Assembly: GCA_030141605.1 (NCBI GenBank)
Contig: JAQGDQ010000245.1
Location: forward strand, 1-64,000
Source: Tubiluchus corallicola
Lineage: Eukaryota; Animalia; Priapulida
DNA length: 64,000 nucleotides
Direction of reading: 5' to 3'
This document shows positions 27,100 through 40,400 of this stretch, piece after piece (positions within the stretch are counted from its first letter, which is position 1; every line of letters starts with the position of its first letter). A program made the translations under genes and the position numbers. Below the pieces are notes generated by a model. That model was not told where the DNA came from. It saw only the letters and a program-made list of their open reading frames with translations, and did no database searches.

Positions 27100-27270
27100 C
27101 CCAGTTTGTTGCTGCATCTCATTATTTAACTCCAGAACAGCTACTAATAAATTCACCTCAGACTTCTTGTCTCTTGAATTCTGTAAGAGGAATATTGCTT
27201 TCCTAAAAATCACCCGATTCAAGAAGAACATCAAGAGACACCTCTTATCACTAGCAAATTAGTTATTATA
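27100..27270 (+). mobile_element. Possible 3' relic of a CR1/L2-type LINE
   Basis: 27218-27262 encodes FKKNIKRHLLSLAN*, resembling the FKxxLKxHL C-terminus of CR1/L2 ORF2; upstream is degenerate. Confidence 0.3.
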
Positions 27271-29858
27271 CAGTTCATCACCTTTTCATATATTCACGTC
27301 ATGCATTCATAGTTTCATCTTTGTGCTGTCACCCCTTAGCTAACGTAGCCATTGCCTATTTTTGTGAAATTTTGGCGGTTTGACATGTTGTTGACAATTT
27401 TATTCAATTTCCAGTTTTTTTCAGTTGTGCTACTGAAGCCCACAAACATGTCTTTTCTCAGCAGTATTTGTGACAATCAGCTTTAGCTTTCAGTGTTCAT
27501 TTAATTCTCCACCATCCGCTCATAACCGGAAAGTTTTCTTAATCGGTGGCACTTGTCTTGATCTGGAAAATCTGAAGGCTTGTAAACATCTTAATGATAG
27601 GAATCAATAGTGATTTCACACTTCGCTAATACGAGTAAGCGCAGCGCGTAAAGGCGTGAAATTTGATTTTCAAAGGTTTTGCTCGCCGGCTTATGGCATT
27701 CTACAGAAATATCAAATTATTGGGGGCTGCTATCGAATTATTTTCAGCTCTTTTTAGTAAATATTTAAACAGACAGACGAAAGTCCGTTGTGATAAGCAT
27801 AGGAATAAAGATTTCGACTTTGGTAACGCTGAAGTGATTACCTAAATGTTCATACTTTTATCTAGTATTACTTGGGAAACTTTGGTATAAAACTTTGGAA
27901 GCTTTAATCTTCAGAAAATGGGCCAAAATTCAAATACCTGGGAGACACGACAGTTACAGGACACACTCGCCAAGGTAGGAGAAACTATGATAAAGTGCAC
28001 AGGCCAAAGCTCAGAGAGGGAAGGGTTGTCATTTTTTCGCTAGGTCTATCTCGTCTAACAGCTTTCGAGATAGGGCCATAATTTTTGGGCCTTATGAGTT
28101 CTTCTGAGTGACCGACTATGAGTCATGTGCGCATGGAAAAACTTTTCACCAGAGATCAAAAACTAAAAAGGAGGGGCGGCAGCACTTGTCATTGTCCAGT
28201 GTTGAGCAAACGTAAGTTCTAATATATATCAATAAAAGGTCTCGATGATACAAACTGATTGGAACGAATAGGTTGATCCGAGATTGGTTGTCTGCTGACT
28301 CATGAGTCAGAAGTGTAGAAGCCTCATTTCATTGAAGCGAAGCGCATTTCCTACAAGTACTCAAACATGGCAAATTCAACGAAGGCCTTGATCTTTAAAC
28401 TAATTTTTAAAGTGGTCTTAAAAACTTCAAGGCGATGTTATGAAATTTACAGATATCAGTACCTGGTGTGCAATTCTTAGGTAATCGAGTGCGGTAATAC
28501 TGGTGAATTTCATAAAAGCAAAATCAACCATGAGACAAAGTTTAAGGTTATTTCAAGGTCAAATGAAATGCAATCACATTTCATTGAAAGTTATGTGCAA
28601 CTCTTAGATAACAAATTATTGCCACTTTAATAAAAACAAGTTTAAGTTTAGGACCTGCAGATAAAAGATTGAAAGGGTTTAAAAATTGAAAGATTGGTGT
28701 GTTTCAAAGTCAAATTAAAGAGTAACACATTTTGTTGAAATGAAATGCAGTTCCTAGTTAATATAACATTGGGTAGTCTATTTCAATAAAATTATTCTCT
28801 TGTGACACAAGGTCAATGGATATTTGCAACTTTCTGTCTAAAACTCCCAAACTCTAGAATCTAAAGTTAAAAAAATAATTTACAATAGTTATAATTTACA
28901 GGTCCTCGGGTGAGAGTGTCAGTGGACATTAGTAGTTTTGCTGTTTAATCAGTAAGTAGATTTTCTAGGGTCACGCAACTTACAAACAATGGCACAGGAC
29001 AGACACCTACAGCAAGTGCTCACACTATGATGCCAAGTTTGTAAATCTTCGATCCTTCGATAAAGGGGTCAACATCGGCAAACATTTTTGAGTTCCTGTT
29101 CATGCGCTAATATTAAAATATTACGATTGATATGTTGCACCTCAAGGTACTGTTCATATTGTAGTTCAAATCATCTCGCCGAATTTTCATTAAACAACAA
29201 GCAGGATTTATTAGAATTTTTGTTAACAGACTTATTTTTATTGTGATCCTGGCATAAGAAAATCTTACTTTTACTGTACTGATTCGGACATAAGTAAGAC
29301 AAACTTTTTTAGTTAGTTTAAACTATGTTGGCGTGCACTGTATAGGTGTTTCGATAGGACAGTTTGTTTTGTCCTTTATGCTTCAGATTCAGGTTCGTTT
29401 TTTATTTTTAACCATTCATATAAGTCACTAATAATAAGGGAAAATGGTGCAATATCATATCGCTCTTCAGTTGTGTATAGCTTCACTTGAATTTGTTAGT
29501 TATTTTGCTTATCTATATCATAATAACTATGAAACATTGTTTTATTTTTTAGCTCTGATTTTTGTATGTTTGCATCATAATGCCGAAATGTGATTCACCT
29601 CCTCAGCTTTGCTCTTAAGTTATAATAACTTTAGGACTGTTTCAAGAAAAAAATTTCACAAAAAGAAAACATTTTCCAGAAAAATAGCTTCTCTGAAAAA
29701 ATCGCAGAAAATTTTTCTCAGAAAAGTTTTTTTCCCGGAAAATATTTTTCCTAGAAAACTGTATTCACATGAAAATCATTTTCCAGAAAGATTTTTTAAA
29801 AGAAAAGTCCGTGTTTGTTTCTTAATTGCAAGAATGAATAAACAAAACTACCCGACCG

Positions 29859-30063
29859 GTTATAAAATTATTACCTAACTTTACAGTGTTTTCTAGTCTA
29901 GTATTTCACTATTTTAGGGACTAGGTAACCACGAGGAAACTGTTCCTTATTCCTACACTTGATTTCGCCGACCCATTATAAAATTATTACTTAACTAGTA
30001 TTTCACTATTTTAGGGACTAGGTAACCACGAGGAAACTGTTCCTGTTTCTACACTTGATTTCG
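29859..30063. repeat. Local tandem duplication (~90-105 bp)
   Basis: TTATAAAATTATTAC...CTAGTATTTCACTATTTTAGGGACTAGGTAACCACGAGGAAACTGTTCC...CTACACTTGATTTCG occurs twice. Confidence 0.9.
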
Positions 30064-30557
30064 GGGTTGAGTGCGTGTTTAAGTTGTCTTGCGTCACCAG
30101 TAATACTAAAGTGCAGTAAAAGGAAATGTAGAAAGTATTGTTACATATTTCGTTTTTTAATTAGCGGCTACGTTGGCGGCATCAAACGGCGGATGGTTAA
30201 GAACTTTCGAGCTGCGTATTGATTGTAATAATAATATTCTTAAGTACACCAACAGTGTTGGCATACGCGCAATTTAATGAGCAAAATCACTTTTGCGTTT
30301 TTAATAAAAGAAGAATATCTCAAATAAAAGCAATTATTAGTTTAAAAAAAACTAAAAACATTTCATGAAAACGAACAACAGTTGTAGAAATAAGTTTATA
30401 TTATGTACTTGCAAATAATTCTTCAGTTTTTTGTAAGTAAAATTTTATTGTTCTTCCTGACGAAAGCGCCTAGCTGACTGCGTGATGGGCTGCCTACTAT
30501 GTAAAAAAAGTAATGCCTTTTTTATTGATTTATTGGTTTTTCACTCTCTCCCTGTCT

Positions 30558-30712
30558 TAGAGAGAAAGAGAGAAAGAGAGGGAGGGAGAGAGGAAAAGAG
30601 AGAGAGAGAGGGAGAGAAAGAGAGAGAGAGATGGAGAGGGAGGGAAGAATGAAGAGAGTCAGACAGACAGACAGACACATGCGCACACGTACGCACACTC
30701 ACACACGCGCAT

Positions 30713-30787
<75 letters not shown>
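30558..30787. repeat. (GA)n-rich plus (CA)n microsatellite
   Basis: Direct reading; it explains the CV/HT repeat ORFs. Confidence 0.97.
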
Positions 30788-30789
<2 letters not shown>

Positions 30790-31201
30790 TCCTTCTTTTC
30801 CTTTTGTTGAAGGTTCTGCCATTTGTTTCTTGGTCGTTTTACCCTAATGCGAGGTGGCGCATTTGGCACATTAAAAATTGCACCCATTTACGTGCCTTGC
30901 AATTAATCTATATAATTGCACTTATATTATATTGTAGGTTTGTATATAAATATGCGCACACCCACCCACCCACGCACGCACGCACACAACAAGTAATTGC
31001 ATACGTTGCTTCATATATAAATAATCAATACAGTAGTAGAGATGAGTAGGACTGAACTGCCCGCCTAGGGCGTCGTAATTAATAAATAAATTTTTTTATC
31101 AAGACTTGTCTCTGGATTTAGCCACTGGTGTTTCATTGGTACGCTTATATATTTTTCACACGTAAACAAACTGCATTTAATAAACATTTATTTTGACGTA
31201 G

Positions 31202-31281
31202 GCCTAACTGAATCTTAGAAACTTTGGCTAAACATAAGTGTAAGCCTAACTGAATCTTAAAAAATTAGGCAAAACATAAGT
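31202..31281. repeat. Two-copy ~42-bp tandem repeat
   Basis: GCCTAACTGAATCTTA...AAACATAAGTG occurs twice. Confidence 0.8.
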
Positions 31282-32611
31282 GACGTCTACACTTGATATA
31301 TAAGGTGTTATGACCCGCCCGCAGCTCTAATTTATGCGCCAGGTTGGCTTCTCACCTGCATTCTGTAACTTGATTTTTACCTAGTTAGTTGGTTGTTATA
31401 GAAGTGGAAGTAATGTCGGGTGCTTAGGATGACAGCTCTGATGTTTTGGTTTGTTATTTTTGTTCACTGACAATAAAAACGAGGAGTTATGTCATAAATG
31501 CATCTCCGTTTGTTCAACGTGATTTTATAACCAACTCCAACTCATAACAAAGGCCAATGCATGATTATATGCTTTTTAAACATATTTTAACTTTTAACAA
31601 AATATGCAGATGCTTAGATTAAGTTTTGTTCTGGAAAAATTATTTGCTCTTCTGAAAAAAATCGATTTTTTTCTATGAAAGGTATTACACATGAAAGTCA
31701 GGCCTAATATTTCTTCAGGTTATATTTCCTGATAAAAACATATTAAATATTAATGTTTTTTTAGAAAAAAACATTTCTCCAGAAATAGAATACTGCATGA
31801 CCGAGGTATTTGTAAACTTTCTTTATGATCAAGTTTCTTAACTTCTTTGTATTCTATTATATTCTTTGGTAATACACCACGAAGTAAAATAAAATTGACT
31901 CAAGTCAAAGATTTCCTGTACTGCTTGTGGCCTACAGCAGCTTCCCATATTAATTATTTTTCAGTCAACATTTTTTGCTTGCCGGTATCGTCTAGTAAGT
32001 TGGCATTTCACTTTTTCTTTAATTATTTCTGCAGCTGAAAATTGAGGCTAATCATCGGAAAGTGTATTGGAAACCAGAAATAGAGTTTTGGCATTGAAAT
32101 TGAATTAAGTGATAATCATGGTAGGTTTATACTAGCGGTAGCCGTACCTGGTACTTTGTTGAGTTTATTATCTCGCGATATGATGCTTTGCATTGCGATT
32201 TTGCATTATGATTTTGCGTCGTTTATTTGCTTAATTGCTGGCAGCTGTCTGCGTGAGTAAGTTGAGAATAATGTTTTACTTGTAGTTTCTTCTGTTTTTC
32301 CTGATTGCTTGAAATTCATGATTTACATTACTGCTTGATTTGCTTAATTATAATTCAACTCATTCGTTTTATTTTATTCGATTTCATAATAAACATACTT
32401 TACTTGTAATTTTATTATCTCCACTGAATGAGCATGGCTTGACTTGATGACCTTTTTTGGTTTTTCACCATCCTTTTTCCACATTTTTAAACGGCTTCAT
32501 ATTGTACTAATTTGTGATGTTTGGACATATGAAAGTAAACTATATCTGAATTTGAAAAAATTGTGAATGAAAACATACCATGTTTTCAGTTAGCCTTCTT
32601 TTATAACAGTA

Positions 32612-33409
32612 GTAGCATCTTAAGTGTGTTGGGCGCCAAGTGTGGGTTAGTAGGACAATTGGCGTACATGGGCTAGCCCAAGTAGGACGCGTCGTACATG
32701 GGCTAGCCAAAGTAGGATGCATCGTACATGGGCTGCCCAAGTAGGACACTAGAAACAGACAAATTGAGTCGTTAAGCGTACTGGCACCGTCCGTCGTCCT
32801 ACTTTACGGAATAATAATAATTAAAAACGTCAATATACGTTAAATAATTTATTATACATCTGATAAAATAAAAGAATTTTATTCTGAGCTAGAAGAATTA
32901 ATATTTGCCAATATTAATCTTCTTTGAAGTGAAATAAGTGCATTTTTAGGCGATTCCAACATTTATTTAAGGTATATCATTTTTTATTTTGTCTCGCTTC
33001 ACAGACAGATGATCCATTTCACTAGGTCTTGGCCAAATAATTGTTTTCTACTAAGTAAACGGCTTAGTGAGTTACGTGCCTTACATAGTTTCTCTCTTTA
33101 AAGCATTAGATACTTAGTTTACTGTCATGATGATATTAATGGAGCTAATAATAATGATGATATTGTTGCAAAAAATACATTTGTAAATTGTGAAGGACTA
33201 TCCATCATTATTATAAAGTTACTTTTTTTCTAAAATAAATTTACTTTTATATTTTAGTATGTCATAAATCTCAATTCTCGACATAAATCCCTAGTGTCCT
33301 ACTTGGACTGCCCATGTACGACACTGCTTTTCCGCAAATTTAGCACATGCGTTTTGCCGGAAGTGTCCTACTTCGACTAGTGGGTTACTTGGCGCCCTAC
33401 AAGTGCTAC
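32612..33409. mobile_element. MITE with long imperfect TIRs and subterminal ~30-bp repeats
   Basis: Left end: GTAGCA...GGGCGCCAAGT...(CGTACATGGGC...AAGTAGGA)x3...CACTAG. Right end: CTAGTGTCCTACTTGGACTGCCCATGTACG...ACTTGGCGCCC...TGCTAC, the reverse complement. The interior is AT-rich. Confidence 0.75.
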
Positions 33410-34556
33410 ACAAAATTAAAATTGTTTTAGCAATCTTACTGTTTTATGTAGCATTTTCAGTAATTGTTGTAAAAACAAAAACAGTATCAAGTAGAGATGT
33501 AACACATGTTTAAAGTCTTGCCTGGCTCATTTTTTTGGCTGGCTCATGACTTTTGCAAAAGTATACAATTAGATCAAATTTTCATAAATACAAATAAGGC
33601 TTAATTACGACTTAAGTGGATGTATCATAACATAGTCCTCAGTACTGCAACTTTGCTAACTTTCATGCTTTCTCTGGCTACATCATTACCTGCTCTTTTA
33701 TGACATAGCCAAAGAAAGAGACTATGCATCAAAATTAGCAAAGCTTGTTTAAATCAGTTGCAGTATTTAACAGTATGTTCTGATAAATATTTTTGGTAAT
33801 TTAAGCCTTATTTTTATTTATGAAAGGTTGTATTAATGAAAATCTATCTGCATGACTATTTGCAATTTAAAGGTAATGATCCTTACACAGGAAGCCAGCA
33901 TGCAAGTAGGCAGCGTACCATTCATTATCTAGTTTCAGTTGAAATGTGGTTACTATCCGTGATGAACTTTTGACTCCCCATGATAGTTTTAGTTTATACA
34001 CAGATAAACTCAAAACAGTAAAACAGGTAACTTTAAGGCGGGCATACGTGCAAGTTTAATCTGTGACATTTTTTACGATGTAAAGCTAAAATTGCATAGC
34101 ACCTGATGACAATTATGTCGAATTTGCGATGTGATACCACAAAAATTCAGCCCTCTAGGAATAACCTATACTTGCTTGTAATGCTGTGTCTTTGTTGTAG
34201 TTTAGTATGAGATTAGAGATATGACTTATTTTTTCTATTGCCAACCAAAGTCTCAGTAAATGGTTTTGACTAATGGAACAAACAATAATTTGTGTATAAT
34301 ATATATTTGTAAAAGTTAATGGGTTCTTAAGAAAACTGTAGCATTTCATTTACTGACATTTCTGGTCAATGGTAATAGAGCTTGATACAGCAAAACTGAC
34401 ATAAAAAAATTTTGTAAGAAACACTGGGTGAGTAGCTACACTTAGGAGAATTGAATGTAAAGTACCCTCCTGCGTATTCACTTATTTGAAAGTTGTTTAA
34501 TTATCATGCCATTTATTCATATAATAGAGGTTAGGCCTAATGCGACTAATGAATGT

Positions 34557-34930
34557 AGGTAAAAATAGCATAGGAAAAAATGGCACAAATGGAAGAGTAG
34601 GTAAAAATGGCACAGGCGGCTACCTTGAGGGATAATTATTTTAGTTATTTTTACCTCTGCCAAAGAATTTATGCTTCAGCACAGTTTATTTGTTTGTTTG
34701 TTTGGTTGGTTGGTTGTTTATTGTCTGTTATGGTAGTAAGCCTTTTATGCACAAACTATGTAACAGATTTCCAAGAAACTTTGTGAAGAAAGGTAGGTAT
34801 TAGGTGTTAAAATGGGAATGTTTTTGCCGTTTCTTTTTTTGCAAAACTTGACTGAACACCACATGCTAAAAAATGTTCGTGAAGCACTTCGTGTCTCAGA
34901 GGGAGAGTTTCGTGCTTTTTTCTGTTAGTT
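34557..34930 (-). mobile_element. Partial inverted copy of the composite element at 39076-39995
   Basis: AAAAATGGCACA repeats followed by ATAATTATTTTAGTTATTTTTACCTCTGCCAAAG...TTATGCTTCA...TTTGTTTGTTTG...CAGATTTCCAAGAAACTTTGTG, matching the reverse complement of ~39750-39995. Confidence 0.7.
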
Positions 34931-37498
34931 CCACCTGAACAAACAATTGTGAGTTAGTGCCAGTTCCATTTTGAGAAACGTTCGCATGTAAAAATTGGTA
35001 ACGCTGTCTATAACCTGCTGATTAATGTGTATAGCCTTATAAGTATGTAAATATGTATATATTTGACAGTCTATTACCATCGCCAAAATTAATGATTAAA
35101 AAGGTAGATATACACACTGTGGAACATTTGTGCATTATTGATTGTAAATCTATTTAATGAACAAAGATTTTGTAAGTCTTTTGCTTGTCTATATAATACC
35201 TGTGCTGGTACATTTTTGTATGTTTGTCTGTTTACCTTTGTGTTAAATTTTTTAACCAAAAGACTCAGATGAATAGTATGCATTTTTGTAGCGTCAGAAC
35301 TAAAAGGAGAATAACCTCAGCATAATGGTCAAATTCATTGATATCACTCCGAGTAGTGGTCAAGTTTAGTTCTTGTTTGTTATTGAATTTGTGGAACCTG
35401 CTTTTGTTTATTTTTTTGTTATTGCAAATTTCATTGGCTGCTTAATTTAGTGGTCTTTGCTGATAAATTAAGCTATGAAGATGACAACCTTACAAAAAAC
35501 TAAGCAAAGTTATATTGTGGTGGTTAAACTAGATTATAGCAATAGGAATAGCGTTAAAAGGTGCACTGCTACCACCATAAATTTGATGTTGTGATTGTTT
35601 GTGGTTATCAGATTTGCCTGAACAGGGGATCACTATATGTTTCAGTTCAGATAATAACAGCTTCAGTATATTCAAGTTCAGCCCAGAAAGTTAATAGGCT
35701 TTGTTGTGCTGTCAATTCCAAGTAAAACACTAACATTTACTGTTTGCATTAAGTTTGCATTTTGGGTCATTTTTGCTCTTGTGCAAGCAAAATCTTGAGT
35801 CCATATTTTTAGTCTGCATCTATTTCTATAGCAAAATCTTGAGTCCGTATTTTTAATCAGTATTTATTTGTACTGTAATGGTGGTTATGCCTGACACTCA
35901 TCCCTGACATGCCTGACAAGCTTTAACTGTGTTATGGAACATAAATCAAAATATCAAAAATGTATATGATGATGATGGATACAGAAGATTATGGCAATGT
36001 GTTAAAGACATACTTACATGCACTTTTTCCAAAATGCTCTTACTAACTTATTATTGCTGTGACATTGGGAATATATAAATCTAATTTGCTTTTTTTATTA
36101 TAAAAGTTGTAAAATTATAAATGTTTGGAAATCAGCAACTTTTGAGAAATTTGTAGGTTAAGTTCTCAATCCAAAAGAAAGACAACTGATTATACAATTT
36201 TACAGATTATTATGATTTTTATTATTATAAATTTATATATATACATTATACAGTACCTTACACCGTAATATGGTATTTGGCAACCATACATTATTGGCCT
36301 TCTAATAATGAATGATTGTAGCATAACTGCAACCTAGAGCCTTTGGCAGTGCCAGATAAAACTATCCAGAAGCAGGAGCAGTTTTTCTGGCTGTTAATTT
36401 ACTAGTGAAGCCTGGTGGCTGCATTCACACTCACTGACAACTCAGTTATTCTCTTCACCCCTACTTCTCTATGTATGTACAAACGTTTTCACTCTTATAT
36501 ATTTGTATGAATGGGAAAATATGATTTTACATGCAAGTTTTTGTTGGCTGGTATAACTCATAATTGTCTCTTCAAAACGAGATCATATCTCACGTTACGT
36601 CAATATTTTGAAACTACGGCCCAAAGGTAAATGACATTTTCAAGAACAGTACTTTGGCTTGCAGAACTGAGCATCTATAATAAGTAAAAAAAGTCAACAG
36701 ACTTCGCTTTGAAGTTTTGCATTCATAATTCTTATTTTGTTCATTCTCCTACTTTTTTGTCTTGTTCACTGCTGGCATTGCAATTTGTCTATATGTATTA
36801 ATATTTAGTAACCATATTTTGTCCTTGCTTCAATTTTAGGTTTATTCTTCTTTTAGTACTGAAATGTATTTTCTTAGTTGTTTGATCAGTTTGCTTAGTT
36901 TGATCATTTGTCTAATTCAGTATAAACTGGTTTGGTTGAAACTAAGATGAGTGGACTGGCAAACGAAGTGATTGGTACTATTGATTTCACAAGCTATGGG
37001 GGTGTATCTATAGAGTATAGAGACTCAGGGTGCGCTGCCACTAAATATTGTTATTTAAAAACTGCTTAAAGGATGTAAATATATTTCAATGTCGAGCATG
37101 CATTTTAAGAGCTCAAGCAATGTTTGCATTTTTCTGGCCATTTTCAGGTTTCACAGTTAAGTTTTTCAATTGCATTTGTTGTTAGTGCAAGATCACTGAA
37201 GCATATTGCGATCAATCAATGTCGACTTCTCCATTTGGGCTTCCCAGTCTTTCTTCAGGCTAGATGACTGTTTGCATTGAGTTTAGCCTGTATGGCTTCT
37301 TGATCTCTCATTACCCATTTGTATTTGATTGTGAAATACAATGAAATTCTGTGATTTTGATCTGTGGTGTTTGCCAAGTAGTTTTTGTGCGTAGTTCTTT
37401 AAAAAAACAATACATTAATTATGATTTTGTATCTCTTTGATCCAGGTATTTGGTATGTAAATGCAGCTATGTATGACAGAAGATGAAGAAGTACTGTC

Positions 37499-40400
37499 AT
37501 GTGTACAATGCTCAAGTTTTCTGCTTACATTCCAGTGCTTCTACTACTTTTTCTTCTGCCTGGTAAGTCAGTGTATATGCTAGAAAAGTCAGTTTGTGTA
37601 ATAGAAAATCGCAACTGCAGAAGTTAGTGCATAATTATTCAAACCAAGGTTCTGTTCAAGTAATGTGAACTCAGTGCTTTAAGAAGCTTAAAACTTTTGG
37701 AACTTTCATTCTAATTTTAACATAAAAATAAAGTTGTTGATCATGCTTGTTTGCGGCAAGACAAAATATGCTATTCTTCACTGCAACAAACGTGGTTACC
37801 AAGGATAGGCTACTTTGGTGTGATATGTACTGATGCTTCTTCAATAGTTTAGTTTGAAATTATACTTCAGAAATAAACTAGTTCTGTAAGTTCCTGCTGT
37901 TTTAAATACAAGGAACTAAGCAGTAAGCATAGCCTGATAAAAAGTTTTTATAATCCCAGTTTCTTCTTGAAAAGTGCTTTTTATAATGTTTACAAGCATT
38001 GCAATCGTCATTTTTGAAATACGTGCAACAAACCTCTTGCATGTTTGAATTAAATTTTTTAAATTTAAAATCACTTTAAATTTGTGAATTTGTGATCCTT
38101 TTATTGGTTCTCATAAATTTGTTATGAGAACTTCCAACTGTTTTGCCTGTAAAGCAATTTTGTGTAAAAGCTTTCATTGCTGTAAAGTGCTTTTCACTTT
38201 ACAGTGCAAAGCACCCAGTCATTTTAACTTGATCATTGACTGCATCTGTTAGAAAATACTGTTAAGTTTTTTACAATTTGTGACAGTAATAAATATTTTA
38301 TTTATAGTAATATTGATTATATGTCAGTCGTGACAAGTTTCTGACAACCGTGAATATTTATTCTATAATTGCCTTAACAGAGAACAAGTTAGGTAGACTT
38401 TGCACTAAAGTTGAAACAACTCAGATGTTGCACTTGCTAATGATAACATTTTTCACTTTTTGTAAACTGAGATGGGAGCTTAACTGACTGTACTTTTAAA
38501 TGTTTACTTGCATGTAAAAAGCAATAGTTTTCTGCCCAGTTTTCTGTTAATTTTGGAACAAGAATTATGTTTCTCTTGCTCAAGTAAAGAAACAAGTGGA
38601 ATAATACTAACTACCTAAGATATAAAATCTGAGTTGGTTTGCCATTATAATGAGTGAAACGTGAAATCTATGATTACTTCTATGTACATAATGCAATATT
38701 CAAACATTCGCAGCATAATTGGAAATTATTTAATATTATTATTCATGTAGTCTGCTGCTAGGTGTTATCTTTATAATGCTTGGCCGCACATGTAGTTTTT
38801 CAAGTATTAACAGTTAGCTGCTACCTGTACAAATGCAAGATCTAGAGGCACTAGGTATTTGTTAATGCACTGCACTATTTAACTCACATTATATGCAATG
38901 GTAAACTGTTTCCCAAAGTATTTTTGTGAAACCCACAATGAAGAATACTCATGCTTTATGTTGCTTTTACAGGAAAATCAAATTATTTCGTTTTACTATA
39001 TTTCTTTACACTATATAGAACTACTAGTACAAATTTTGCCTCTGTGCTTTAGTAGCAAAATAGCATTCTATACAGCGCATGGTAAAAATGGCTCAGGTAA
39101 AAATGGCACAGGAAAAAATGGCACGGTAAAAATGGCACAAGAAAAAATGACACAGGAAGGAATGGCACAAATGGAAAAGTAAGAAAAAATGACACAATAT
39201 GCCATTTTCATGCACTTAATTGCTATAATAAAACTAGAATACACTCAGTAGGAAGCAGATCTCAGCCAAAGCTGAACACTCCTAAACTTTTTCGTATATT
39301 CGTGTGATTCTTTTTGATTAAAAAACGTAAAACTAAGATAAACAAGCAAACATACAAAAATGTACTTATATTAGTATTATGTAGACTAGCAAAAGATTCA
39401 CAAGCTATTTTGCTTACTAAATAGAATTATAAACAATAGTTCACGAATATTCCACTTACTGTTTATCTACTTTCCTTTAACCATTAATTTTGGTGATGCT
39501 AATTGACTGATTTACGTACTAAGCGAGCTGCTAAGGCTATAAATACATTAATAAGTAAAGGTTTTAGATGGCATTACACAGTTTTCCAAATGAGAATTTC
39601 TTGAAATGGAACCTGGAATTAACTTGTAGTTGTTTGTCCTTGTGGAGGTAATGAAAGCAAGTACTAATCACTCCATCTGAGACCTCCATGAAATGTTTCT
39701 GTACGTGATGTTTTGTCAAGTTTTGTGAAGAAGGAATGGGTGAAATAATGCCCATTTTGGCAGCTTATAGGCACCTTCTCCACAAAGTTTCCTGGAAATC
39801 TGTTAGGTAGTTTTTTTCATAATGGGCTTTGCATAAGAGACAAAAAACAACCAAGCAAACAAACAAACTGCGTTGAAGCATAACTTCCTTGGCAGAGGTA
39901 AAAATAACTAAATAATTATTTCCCACAGTAACCTTAACCCTAAACTCATATTTTACTAACTGCCATTTTTTCCTGTGTCATTTTTACCCTGCCGTCTTTG
40001 CTTATATTCTTATATACAATATCAAATTTAGCACATTAACATGTACTCTCAACATGTACATTGAATAGTTACCACCATATTGCTGTTTGTGCATTACATA
40101 CCTGAGTGCTGATGTTAAGTCTTATTTGTTATTATTGTAAGGTTCAGTAAAGTCTCAATGCACATTGGTGTATATGACAGAGGCTGATGTGGCCAACAGA
40201 CTTGTGCTAGAGTTCAGAGTTTGTGGTACATGCATTACATACCTGAGTGCTGATGTTAAGTCTTATTTGTTATTATTGTAAGGTTCAGTAAAGTCTCAGC
40301 GCACATGGGTGTATATGACAGAGGAAAGCAGTCCTTTGAAACATTCTCTTACTGATGTGGCCAACAGACTTGTGCTAGAGTTCAGAGTTTGTGGTGATAC

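Noticed and set aside
38898-39182. ORF with GKNGT repeats
   Set aside because: It is a translation of the AAAAATGGCACA MITE arm.
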